Shown here one piece after another: positions 7,301-15,041 of a DNA stretch of 15,041 nt. The first letter of the stretch is position 1, and every line of letters begins with the position of its first letter. Origin of the DNA: a virus (Duplodnaviria; Heunggongvirae; Uroviricota; Caudoviricetes); the IMG/VR virus record IMGVR_UViG_2579778989_000004, positions 1 to 15,041 of that record. One strand, given 5' to 3'. A program made the translations under genes and the position numbers. A model generated the notes under the pieces. The model did no database searches, had not been told where the DNA came from, and saw only the letters and a program-made list of their open reading frames with translations.

Positions 7301-7490
7301 ACTGCAGGCGCTGCGTCAGGCGCGCCTTGATTTATTAACCGGTAAACGGGTGGTGTCTGTCCAGAAAGATGGTCGCAGAATTGAATATACGGCAGCTTCT
7401 CTGGATGAGCTTAACCGGGCGATCAATGATGCGGAGTCGGTACTGGGGACAACCCGCCGTCGCCGTCGTCCGCTGGGAGTGAGGTTATGA
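7284..7490 (+). CDS. W: Head completion / head-tail joining protein (lambda gpW homologue), 68 aa.
   Basis: Same length as lambda W, with conserved LTGKRVVSVQKDGRRIEYTAAS and a C-terminal RRRRP motif. Start overlaps the end of A. Confidence 0.9.
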   Translation: MVTVAELQALRQARLDLLTGKRVVSVQKDGRRIEYTAASLDELNRAINDAESVLGTTRRRRRPLGVRL

Positions 7491-9079
7491 AACGAACGCC
7501 TGTCCTGATTGATGTGAACGGCGTTCCGCTTCGGGAGAGTCTCAGCTACAACGGGGGCGGCGCAGGATTTGGCGGGCAAATGGCGGAGTGGTTGCCACCG
7601 GCGCAGAGTGCCGATGCGGCCCTGCTACCCGCGTTGCGTCTGGGGAATGCCCGTGCAGATGATCTGGTGCGCAATAACGGAATAGCGGCTAATGCGGTGG
7701 CCCTGCATAAGGATCACATTGTCGGGCATATGTTTCTGATCAGCTACCGTCCGAACTGGCGCTGGCTGGGGATGCGGGAGACCGCAGCAAAAAGTTTTGT
7801 CGATGAGGTGGAGGCGGCCTGGTCGGAATACGCAGAAGGGATGTTTGGTGAGATCGACGTGGAAGGGAAACGCACGTTCACGGAATTTATCCGTGAAGGT
7901 GTGGGCGTTCATGCGTTTAACGGCGAAATCTTTGTGCAGCCGGTCTGGGATACGGAAACCACGCAGTTGTTCCGTACGCGTTTTAAAGCCGTGAGTCCGA
8001 AACGGGTGGACACGCCTGGACACGGTATGGGGAACCGTTTTCTGCGGGCCGGTGTGGAGGTTGATCGATATGGCCGTGCCGTTGCGTACCATATCTGTGA
8101 GGATGATTTTCCTTTCTCTGGTAGTGGACGATGGGAACGGATCCCGCGTGAACTACCCACCGGGCGTCCGGCCATGCTGCATATTTTCGAGCCGGTGGAG
8201 GACGGGCAGACCCGTGGGGCTAATCAGTTTTACAGCGTCATGGAACGGCTGAAGATGCTCGATTCCCTGCAGGCAACACAGCTTCAGTCGGCCATAGTGA
8301 AGGCGATGTATGCAGCGACGATTGAAAGTGACCTTGATACCGAAAAGGCCTTTGAATATATCGCCGGTGCGCCGCAGGGGCAGAAGGATAATCCGCTTAT
8401 TAATATTCTGGATAAGTTCTCCACCTGGTATGACACGAATCACGTGACGCTGGGCGGTGTCAAAATTCCGCACCTTTTCCCCGGTGATGATCTGAAACTT
8501 CAGACCGCGCAGGATTCAGACAATGGATTTTCGGCGCTTGAACAGGCGCTGCTGCGGTATATCGCCGCCGGTCTTGGCGTTTCCTACGAACAGTTGTCCC
8601 GTGATTACTCGAAGGTCAGTTACTCAAGTGCCCGCGCATCCGCCAATGAGTCGTGGCGCTATTTTATGGGGCGGCGAAAATTTATTGCGTCCCGGCTGGC
8701 CACGCAGATGTTTTCCTGCTGGCTGGAAGAGGCACTTCTTCGGGGGATTATTCGTCCGCCACGGGCACGTTTTGATTTTTATCAGGCGCGATCAGCCTGG
8801 TCACGGGCTGAGTGGATTGGAGCCGGAAGAATGGCCATTGACGGGCTCAAGGAGGTTCAGGAATCAGTGATGCGCATTGAGGCCGGACTGAGCACGTATG
8901 AGAAAGAGCTGGCGCTGATGGGCGAGGATTATCAGGACATTTTCCGCCAGCAGGTCAGGGAATCTGCAGAGCGGGAAAAAGCCGGACTCTCACGTCCGGT
9001 GTGGATAGCGCAGGCGTATCAGCAGCAGATAGCGGAGAGTCGCAGGCCGGAAGAGGAGACAACACCACGTGAGACGTAA
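7487..9079 (+). CDS. B: Portal protein (lambda gpB homologue), 530 aa.
   Basis: Long conserved blocks recalled from lambda gpB (NARADDLVRNNG, FEPVEDGQTRGAN, QSAIVKAMYAATIES, LLRYIAAGLGVSYEQLSR, RMAIDGLKEVQE). ATGA start/stop overlap with W. Confidence 0.95.
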   Translation: MKRTPVLIDVNGVPLRESLSYNGGGAGFGGQMAEWLPPAQSADAALLPALRLGNARADDLVRNNGIAANAVALHKDHIVGHMFLISYRPNWRWLGMRETAAKSFVDEVEAAWSEYAEGMFGEIDVEGKRTFTEFIREGVGVHAFNGEIFVQPVWDTETTQLFRTRFKAVSPKRVDTPGHGMGNRFLRAGVEVDRYGRAVAYHICEDDFPFSGSGRWERIPRELPTGRPAMLHIFEPVEDGQTRGANQFYSVMERLKMLDSLQATQLQSAIVKAMYAATIESDLDTEKAFEYIAGAPQGQKDNPLINILDKFSTWYDTNHVTLGGVKIPHLFPGDDLKLQTAQDSDNGFSALEQALLRYIAAGLGVSYEQLSRDYSKVSYSSARASANESWRYFMGRRKFIASRLATQMFSCWLEEALLRGIIRPPRARFDFYQARSAWSRAEWIGAGRMAIDGLKEVQESVMRIEAGLSTYEKELALMGEDYQDIFRQQVRESAEREKAGLSRPVWIAQAYQQQIAESRRPEEETTPRET

Positions 9080-10574
9080 TCTTTCACACATTATTGCCGC
9101 AGCATTCAATGAACCGCTGCTTCTGGAGCCCGCCTATGCGCGGGTTTTCTTTTGCGCGCTCGGGCGCGAGATGGGGGCAGCAAGTCTTTCGGTACCGCAA
9201 CAGCAGGTACAGCTTGATGCTCCCGGAATGCTGGCTGAAACGGACGAGTACATGGCCGGAGGTAAACGACCGGCCCGTGTTTACCGGGTGGTGAACGGTA
9301 TTGCGGTACTGCCGGTGAGCGGCACGCTGGTGCACCGGCTGGGGGGGATGCGGCCATTTTCCGGAATGACTGGCTATGACGGCATTGTCGCCTGTCTTCA
9401 GCAGGCAATGGCAGATAGCCAGGTGCGGGGCATACTGCTGGACATTGACAGTCCGGGCGGGCAGGCCGCCGGCGCGTTTGACTGCGCTGACATGATTTAC
9501 CGCCTCCGTCAGCAGAAGCCGGTCTGGGCACTGTGCAATGACACGGCCTGTTCTGCAGCCATGCTGCTGGCGTCGGCCTGCTCCCGACGGCTGGTTACCC
9601 AGACATCCCGTATCGGCTCCATTGGCGTGATGATGAGCCATGTCAGCTATGCCGGTCATCTGGCGCAGGCCGGTGTGGATATCACGCTGATTTATGCCGG
9701 GGCGCACAAGGTGGATGGCAATCAGTTTGAAGCGTTGCCGGCAGAGGTTCGCCAGGATATGCAGCAGCGGATTGATGCGGCGCACCGGATGTTTGCCGAA
9801 AAAGTGGCGATGTATACCGGGTTGTCTGTGGATGCGGTCACGGGAACAGAGGCCGCCGTTTTTGAAGGTCAGTCCGGCATTGAGGCCGGGCTGGCGGATG
9901 AATTAATCAATGCGTCGGATGCCATCAGTGTGATGGCCACGGCGCTGAACAGTAATGTCAGAGGAGGCACTATGCCGCAATTAACTGCAACGGAAGCCGC
10001 CGTGCAGGAGAACCAGCGAGTGATGGGGATCCTGACATGCCAGGAAGCGAAAGGACGTGAACAGCTTGCCACGATGCTGGCAGGGCAACAGGGCATGAGC
10101 GTTGAACAGGCCCGGGCGATTCTGGCCGCGGCGGCACCGCAGCAGCCGGTGGCATCCGCGCAGAGTGAAGCCGATCGCATTATGGCGTGTGAAGAAGCGA
10201 ACGGTCGTGAACAACTGGCAGCAACGCTGGCGGCGATGCCGGAGATGACGGTGGAAAAAGCCCGCCCGATCCTGGCGGCTGCACCACTGGCGGATGCCGG
10301 GCCCTCACTTCGTGATCAGATCATGGCCCTGGATGAGGCAAAAGGGGCAGAAGCGCAGGCTGAAAAACTGGCGGCCTGCCCGGGAATGACCGTGGAGAAC
10401 GCCCGGGCTGTGCTGGCTGCGGGATCAGGTAAGGCCGAACCGGTCTCTGCATCCACAGCCGCCATGTTTGAACATTTCATGGCGAACCATTCACCGGCAG
10501 CGGTCCAGGGGGGCGTGTCACAGGCGTCAGAAGACGGTGATGCGGACGTGAAAATGCTCATGGCCATGCCATGA
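9069..10574 (+). CDS. C: Prohead protease / minor capsid protein C (lambda gpC homologue, S49/ClpP-like) with a C-terminal scaffold region, 501 aa.
   Basis: The N-terminal two-thirds is protease-like (VLPVSGTLVHR, GILLDIDSPGG, SAAMLLASAC). The C-terminal third is Ala/Glu/Gln-rich with three internal repeats. Start overlaps the end of B. Confidence 0.9.
   Translation: MRRNLSHIIAAAFNEPLLLEPAYARVFFCALGREMGAASLSVPQQQVQLDAPGMLAETDEYMAGGKRPARVYRVVNGIAVLPVSGTLVHRLGGMRPFSGMTGYDGIVACLQQAMADSQVRGILLDIDSPGGQAAGAFDCADMIYRLRQQKPVWALCNDTACSAAMLLASACSRRLVTQTSRIGSIGVMMSHVSYAGHLAQAGVDITLIYAGAHKVDGNQFEALPAEVRQDMQQRIDAAHRMFAEKVAMYTGLSVDAVTGTEAAVFEGQSGIEAGLADELINASDAISVMATALNSNVRGGTMPQLTATEAAVQENQRVMGILTCQEAKGREQLATMLAGQQGMSVEQARAILAAAAPQQPVASAQSEADRIMACEEANGREQLAATLAAMPEMTVEKARPILAAAPLADAGPSLRDQIMALDEAKGAEAQAEKLAACPGMTVENARAVLAAGSGKAEPVSASTAAMFEHFMANHSPAAVQGGVSQASEDGDADVKMLMAMP
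9972..10574 (+). CDS. nu3: Nested in-frame scaffold protein (lambda Nu3-like), translated from an internal start within C.
   Basis: In-frame ATG at 9972 preceded by a strong internal SD GAGGAGG (9961-9967) at 4-nt spacing. Lambda expresses Nu3 the same way, from the 3' part of C. Confidence 0.6.
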   Translation: MPQLTATEAAVQENQRVMGILTCQEAKGREQLATMLAGQQGMSVEQARAILAAAAPQQPVASAQSEADRIMACEEANGREQLAATLAAMPEMTVEKARPILAAAPLADAGPSLRDQIMALDEAKGAEAQAEKLAACPGMTVENARAVLAAGSGKAEPVSASTAAMFEHFMANHSPAAVQGGVSQASEDGDADVKMLMAMP

Positions 10575-10610
10575 AGTCAGTGCTGACCATCAATATGAGG
10601 TTTTAACAAA

Positions 10611-10958
10611 ATGGTGACGAAAACCATCACTGAACAGCGTGCGGAAGTACGTATTTTTGCCGGTAATGATCCGGCTCATACCGCCACAGGCAGCAGCGGG
10701 ATTTCTTCTGCAACACCGGCTCTGACGCCCCTGATGCTGGATGAAGCCACCGGGAAACTGGTGGTCTGGGACGGACAGAAAGCCGGTAGTGCGGTTGGCA
10801 TACTGGTACTGCCGCTTGAAGGCACAGAGACGGTGCTGACCTATTACAAATCGGGGACCTTTGCGACGGAGGCAATCCGCTGGCCTGACAGTGTGGATGA
10901 ACACAAAAAGGCAAATGCCTTTGCCGGCACAGCCCTGAGTCACGCGGCGCTGCCGTAA
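10611..10958 (+). CDS. D: Head decoration protein (lambda gpD homologue), 115 aa.
   Basis: DPAHTAT, TPLMLD, KLVVWDG, AVGIL, YKSGTF and AFAGTA match lambda gpD from memory. Confidence 0.9.
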   Translation: MVTKTITEQRAEVRIFAGNDPAHTATGSSGISSATPALTPLMLDEATGKLVVWDGQKAGSAVGILVLPLEGTETVLTYYKSGTFATEAIRWPDSVDEHKKANAFAGTALSHAALP

Positions 10959-11015
10959 CACGTTATCAGGCCACCGCGTTGACCTGACTGATTTCTTAAT
11001 GAAAGGAACTGATTT

Positions 11016-12044
11016 ATGGGATTGTTTACGACCCGCCAGTTGCTCGGTTATACCGAACAAAAAGTTAAATTTCGTGCGCTGTTTCTGGAACTGTTTTTCC
11101 GCCGTACGGTGAATTTCCACACCGAAGAGGTGATGCTGGACAAAATTACCGGAAAAACGCCGGTGGCGGCCTATGTCTCCCCGGTCGTTGAAGGAAAAGT
11201 GCTGCGTCATCGTGGGGGTGAAACCCGCGTGTTACGTCCGGGCTACGTCAAGCCGAAACACGAATTTAATTACCAGCAGGCGGTTGAACGCCTTCCCGGT
11301 GAAGATCCGGCTCAGCTGAACGACCCGGCCTACCGTCGTCTGCGTATCATCACTGATAACCTCAAACAGGAAGAGCACGCTATTGTGCAGGTGGAAGAAA
11401 TGCAGGCGGTGAATGCCGTGCTGTATGGCAAATATACGATGGAAGGAGACCAGTTCGAGAAAATTGAAGTCGATTTTGGCCGATCGACGAAGAATAACAT
11501 CATACAGGGTAGCGGTAAGGAGTGGTCAAAACAGGATCGTGACACGTTCGACCCGACATATGATATCGACCTTTTCTGTGATCAGGCCAGTGGTCTTGTG
11601 AATATTGCCATTATGGACGGTACCGTCTGGCGTCTGCTGAATGGCTTTAAGCTTTTCCGCGAAAAACTGGATACCCGTCGCGGTTCAAATTCACAACTCG
11701 AAACGGCAGTGAAAGATCTGGGCGCAGTGGTATCCTTCAAGGGGTATTACGGCGATCTGGCCATTGTGGTAGCGAAAACGTCTTATGTGGCAGAGGACGG
11801 TACCGAAAAACGTTATCTGCCGGAGGGCACGCTGGTGCTGGGGAATACGGCAGCAGAGGGGATTCGTTGCTATGGAGCCATTAAGGATGCACAGGCGTTG
11901 TCCGAAGGAGTGGTGGCTTCTTCCCGTTACCCGAAACACTGGTTGACCGTGGGCGATCCGTCCTGTGAATTCACCATGACGCAGTCCGCGCCGCTGATGG
12001 TGCTGCCGGATCCGGATGAGTTTGTGGTGGTGCAGGTGAAATAA
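11016..12044 (+). CDS. E: Major capsid protein (lambda gpE homologue), 342 aa.
   Basis: Extensive similarity to lambda gpE (PGYVKPKHE, DPAYRRLRII, VEEMQAVNAVLYGKYTM, KLDTRRGSNS, LETAVKDLG, TMTQSAPLMVLPDPDEFV). RBS AAGGA upstream. Confidence 0.95.
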   Translation: MGLFTTRQLLGYTEQKVKFRALFLELFFRRTVNFHTEEVMLDKITGKTPVAAYVSPVVEGKVLRHRGGETRVLRPGYVKPKHEFNYQQAVERLPGEDPAQLNDPAYRRLRIITDNLKQEEHAIVQVEEMQAVNAVLYGKYTMEGDQFEKIEVDFGRSTKNNIIQGSGKEWSKQDRDTFDPTYDIDLFCDQASGLVNIAIMDGTVWRLLNGFKLFREKLDTRRGSNSQLETAVKDLGAVVSFKGYYGDLAIVVAKTSYVAEDGTEKRYLPEGTLVLGNTAAEGIRCYGAIKDAQALSEGVVASSRYPKHWLTVGDPSCEFTMTQSAPLMVLPDPDEFVVVQVK

Positions 12045-12052
12045 TCCGTGAG

Positions 12053-12080
12053 CGGGGGCGAAATGCCCCCGTGTTTTTTT
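12053..12080 (+). terminator. Intrinsic terminator-like hairpin immediately downstream of the major capsid gene.
   Basis: CGGGGGC (12053-12059), loop GAAAT, GCCCCCG (12065-12071): a perfect 7-bp GC stem followed by TGTTTTTTT (12072-12080). Confidence 0.5.
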
Positions 12081-12095
12081 CACAGGGAGCTGGAT

Positions 12096-12464
12096 ATGGC
12101 AACAAAAGAAGAAAATCAGAAACGTCTTCGTGAACTGGCTGGTCTGCTGGGGCGCGAGGCGGATATGTCGGGGAGTGCTGCGGATATCGCACAGCGTGTG
12201 GCAGAGTGGGAAGAGGAGGTTTGCGCCTCGAAAAATGAAATCGCAGATGTTGATGATACCGTTCATGAGCAGGCATGCAGGCACACCGGTGAGGATGACG
12301 TTGGTATTCTGGAACGTATCAGGCTTCTGAAGTGTTTTTACCTGTGCGGTGTTGACGATGAAACAGGTGAGCCTGTTGAGCATGTTGATGCTGGCAGAGT
12401 AATTCTGATGCCCCCCTCAGTGGCAAAAGACATGGTCAGGAGCGGAATGGCCGTTTATGCATGA
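12096..12464 (+). CDS. FI: DNA packaging / head assembly protein (lambda gpFI homologue), ~122 aa.
   Basis: Position between E and FII. The start is set at ATG 12096 with SD GGGAG (12085-12089), so the gene follows the terminator hairpin; the track's longer start at 12048 would overlap it. Acidic protein, as FI. Direct sequence similarity is only moderate. Confidence 0.7.
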   Translation: MATKEENQKRLRELAGLLGREADMSGSAADIAQRVAEWEEEVCASKNEIADVDDTVHEQACRHTGEDDVGILERIRLLKCFYLCGVDDETGEPVEHVDAGRVILMPPSVAKDMVRSGMAVYA

Positions 12465-12810
12465 TTTTGAGAATTCCTTTGATGCTGCCCTTGCCGGGGT
12501 GGACAGAACGATTGTTGAAGTGATGGGGCTCTGTGCGCAGTTCACCTCGGGGGCACAGTGTGGCAGCGAAGTTCAGGGGGTTTTTGACGATCCGGAGTCG
12601 CTGGGGTTTGCCGGTAGCGGGGTCCGTATTGAAGGAAGCAGCCCGTCATTATTTGTGCGGATGGATACGGTTCGTGCCGTGCGGCGTGGTGACACGCTGA
12701 CCATTAATGGTGAGACATTCTGGGTGGATCGTGTTTCTCCGGATGACGGGGGCAGCTGTTATCTCTGGCTCAACCGTGGGCAACCACCCGCAGTTAACCG
12801 GCGACGATAA
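12457..12810 (+). CDS. FII: Head-tail connector protein (lambda gpFII homologue), 117 aa.
   Basis: Same length as lambda FII, with conserved GVFDDPE, VRIEGSSPSLFVR, RRGDTLTI and a C-terminal FWVDRVSPDDGGSCYLWL...PPAVNRRR. ATGA overlap with FI. Confidence 0.95.
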   Translation: MHDFENSFDAALAGVDRTIVEVMGLCAQFTSGAQCGSEVQGVFDDPESLGFAGSGVRIEGSSPSLFVRMDTVRAVRRGDTLTINGETFWVDRVSPDDGGSCYLWLNRGQPPAVNRRR

Positions 12811-12824
12811 ACGCAGGGTGAATT

Positions 12825-13484
12825 ATGGCGATAAAAGGGCTTGATCAGGCGATTGACAATCTGAGCCGGGTTCGTAAAAACGCCATTCCGGCTGCTTCTG
12901 CAATGACCATTAACCGCGTGGCCACAACGGCGATTAATCAGTCTTCGTCACAGGTTGCCCGGGAAACCAGGGTGAGACGGAAACTGGTAAAGGAACGGTC
13001 CAGACTGAAACGGGCGACGGTCAGAAATCCGAATGCCAGAATTATCGTTAACCGCGGTGATCTCCCTGTGATTAAGCTGGGGATCAGAATGCTGGGGCGT
13101 CGTCCGAACAGCATACTCAAAGCCGGTCAGCATCGTTATCAGCGGGCATTTATCCAGCGATTAAATAATGGGCGCTGGCATGTTATGCAACGTCTTCCCC
13201 AGGCCAGATATGAGGAGGGCAATGACGACAAGGGAAGGAAAAAGCGTAATCGCCTTCCCATTCAGGTGGTGAAAATCCCGATGGCGGCCCCACTGAAACA
13301 GGCATTTGATGAGAATGTTGACCGTATCCGGCGTGAACGCCTGCCTAAAGAACTGGCAACTGAAGACGCAGACGTTATATCTGGTGAAAAACGTCTGCGT
13401 CTTAACTACAACGGCATAATTGCATTGTTAGTCGAGGGCTTTAAAACACTTCGTCATGAGATTAAAGAACTCCGGGAGAAGTAA
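12825..13484 (+). CDS. Z: Tail assembly protein Z homologue (lambda gpZ) with a divergent, longer C-terminus; possibly a chimeric 3' end.
   Basis: The N-terminus MAIKGL(D/E)QA..NLSR...AMTINRVA...SQVARET.VRRKLVKER.RLKRATV.NP.ARI.VNRGDLPVIKLG and the segment AFIQ.L.NGRWHVMQR...VVKIPMA.PL...RIRRERLPKEL match lambda Z. The last ~42 residues (ATEDADVISGEKRLRLNYNGIIALLVEGFKTLRHEIKELREK) do not. Confidence 0.85.
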   Translation: MAIKGLDQAIDNLSRVRKNAIPAASAMTINRVATTAINQSSSQVARETRVRRKLVKERSRLKRATVRNPNARIIVNRGDLPVIKLGIRMLGRRPNSILKAGQHRYQRAFIQRLNNGRWHVMQRLPQARYEEGNDDKGRKKRNRLPIQVVKIPMAAPLKQAFDENVDRIRRERLPKELATEDADVISGEKRLRLNYNGIIALLVEGFKTLRHEIKELREK

Positions 13485-13569
13485 ACGACAGCTGTTGTAG
13501 TTTCTGGTTTCTACTGAATTTAAATTGTGGGGTGACACTCACCCCACGCATTCAGAAGGGGGAGATGAG

Positions 13570-13893
13570 ATGGGGGTAACATCGGGATGGGTAGGCTCTT
13601 CGGCTAAGAGCGAAACAGGTGAGCAGTGGATGGGAGCCGCCGGAACCAAACTGGGACTGAGTAAACCTTTTATGATGAGCCAAATGGTTGGGCGAACTAT
13701 GGGCTGTAAAATTGCAACTGAGTACTATAAATGGAAATCCTCTGACAAGGTTGATAACTGGGGCGCAGTTGGCGCTGACTGGCCTTTAGAAGAAAAAAGT
13801 AAAGGTACAATTACAAACGCCGCAAGCTGCGGATCAGGGAGGCTGGTAGGGGCTGTCGTTACACTTTCTCACTTTTTGACGAACTCTACGTAA
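13570..13893 (+). CDS. Small Gly/Trp-rich hypothetical protein (~107 aa from ATG 13570). Its stop codon lies in the first bases of the IS66-family terminus, so the gene may be truncated.
   Basis: ORF with SD-like AAGGGGGAG upstream of ATG 13570 (the track's TTG start is at 13525). The TAA at 13891-13893 is part of the GTAAGCG at 13890-13896. No recognisable family. Confidence 0.4.
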   Translation: MGVTSGWVGSSAKSETGEQWMGAAGTKLGLSKPFMMSQMVGRTMGCKIATEYYKWKSSDKVDNWGAVGADWPLEEKSKGTITNAASCGSGRLVGAVVTLSHFLTNST

Positions 13894-15041
13894 GCGACTC
13901 GTCAGAACCGTATTGATATTTACTGAGAGCTCAGATCAACTTTCCAGGGCAACAGATCGCGTACCCGGTTTGCCGGCCAGTCCTGGATATGTTCAATGAC
14001 GTAACGCAGCCACTTTTCTGGCTCCACATTGTTCAGACGGCATGTGCCGATCAGCGAGTACAACACCGCCGCATGTTCACCACCGCTGTCGGAACCCGCG
14101 AACATCCAGTTTTTCCGGCCTACGGCCACTCCCCGTAAGGCGTTCTCTGCGATGTTGTTGTCGATTTCCACCCAGCCATTACTGCAGTACACGTTCAGTG
14201 CATCCCACTGTTTCAGCAGGTATGCGAACGCTTTTGCCGTATCTGAGTGACGCGACAGTGTTTTCATCTGTTGCTGTATCCAGTCATACAGTGACTGCAT
14301 CAGTGGCGCGGCTCTGGCTTTTCTTGCCGCCAGACGCTGTTCTGCTGAACAGCCCCGGACCTCTGCCTCGATGGCATACAGTTCACCGATACGCTGCAGG
14401 GCTTCCGTGGTGATGTAGGTGGGCGCTCTTGCATGCACATCGTGGATTTTTCTCCGGGCATGAGCCATACACGCGGCTTCCGTTATTCTGCCGGATTCGT
14501 ATAACGCCCGGTAACCACCGTAAGCATCGGCCTGAAGCACACCGCTGTAACCGGCCAGGTGATTTTGTGGATGGATACCTTTCCGGTCCGGACTGTACGC
14601 GAACCAGACCGCCGGGGGCATCTGTGAACCGGCGTTACGGTCATCACGGACGTAGACCCACAGCCGGGCTGTCCGGGTTTTACCGCTGCCCGGCTCCTGG
14701 ACCGGGACGGGGATATCATCAGCATGGACTTTACCGGGCATCAGCACATACTGGCGCAGGACGTCATACAGCGGCTCCAGCAGTTCAGCAACAGCACCTG
14801 TCCAGCGCCCCAGTGTGGCACGGCTCAGCTCCACTCCCTGACGACGGTATATTTCTGACTGGCGGTATAACGGCAGATGGTCTGCATATTTCCCGGTGAC
14901 AACATGGGCCAGAAGCCCCGCTCCGGCATAACTGCGTGCAATGGGTTTTGAAGGTACTGGTGCCTGCACGATATGGTCGCACCGGCAACAGGCCTGTTTC
15001 GGACGTTGTGTTTCGATAACCTTAAAGGCGCTGCTGATAAG
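13890..15041 (-). mobile_element. IS66-family insertion sequence, partial (extends beyond the window end), inverted relative to the phage genes.
   Basis: GTAAGCG at 13890-13896 is typical of IS66-family terminal inverted repeats. It lies 30 bp outside the stop of a minus-strand IS66-type transposase gene. Confidence 0.7.
13920..15041 (-). CDS. tnpC: IS66-family transposase (TnpC-type), C-terminal ~374 codons; the N-terminus is outside the window.
   Basis: The minus-strand frame stays open past the track's GTG start at 14969 through to base 15041. The translation (…[28 protein letters not shown]…, …[36 protein letters not shown]…) is characteristic of IS66 TnpC. Cys-rich CCRC segment upstream. 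Confidence 0.85.
   Translation of the reverse strand, partial: LISSAFKVIETQRPKQACCRCDHIVQAPVPSKPIARSYAGAGLLAHVVTGKYADHLPLYRQSEIYRRQGVELSRATLGRWTGAVAELLEPLYDVLRQYVLMPGKVHADDIPVPVQEPGSGKTRTARLWVYVRDDRNAGSQMPPAVWFAYSPDRKGIHPQNHLAGYSGVLQADAYGGYRALYESGRITEAACMAHARRKIHDVHARAPTYITTEALQRIGELYAIEAEVRGCSAEQRLAARKARAAPLMQSLYDWIQQQMKTLSRHSDTAKAFAYLLKQWDALNVYCSNGWVEIDNNIAENALRGVAVGRKNWMFAGSDSGGEHAAVLYSLIGTCRLNNVEPEKWLRYVIEHIQDWPANRVRDLLPWKVDLSSQ

Noticed and set aside
10020-10440. Repeats in the C/Nu3 region considered as a DNA-level repeat array or CRISPR-like structure.
   Set aside because: The units are in-frame coding repeats diverged at the nucleotide level, with no short identical direct repeats or spacer structure. 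I saw no CRISPR array anywhere in the window.
1-15041. Integrase, attachment site or tRNA genes marking a prophage boundary.
   Set aside because: No integrase-like ORF, tRNA-like sequence or att-type repeat was seen. The window is internal to the prophage (lysis-cos-head) and is bounded on the right by an IS element.

Overview
The window spans the cos junction of a lambdoid (lambda-type) prophage, with nearly all phage genes on the + strand. Calls rest on reading the sequence and on protein comparisons made from memory; no searches were run. Order: a 5'-truncated ORF (1-672), a Qin/DLP12-type lysis cassette (S21-like pinholin, YdfR-like ORF, SAR endolysin, Rz with embedded Rz1), an AT-rich two-gene island (2818-4447), a lambda-like cos site (cohesive end at 4671-4682), then a complete lambda-type head module (Nu1, A, W, B, C with nested Nu3, D, E, FI, FII, Z). 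No tail genes follow: Z has a foreign 3' end, then comes a small Gly/Trp-rich ORF and a partial IS66-family element running off the window edge. The best candidate for an undescribed system is the island between Rz and cos: two convergent, overlapping genes (206 aa with a PD-(D/E)xK-like nuclease motif; 355 aa with no motif I can name) sitting where lambda carries bor. Other points worth a second look are the tail-less head module, a three-repeat scaffold region in C/Nu3, repeat structure in cosB, and hairpin terminators before the holin, after Rz and after the major capsid gene.
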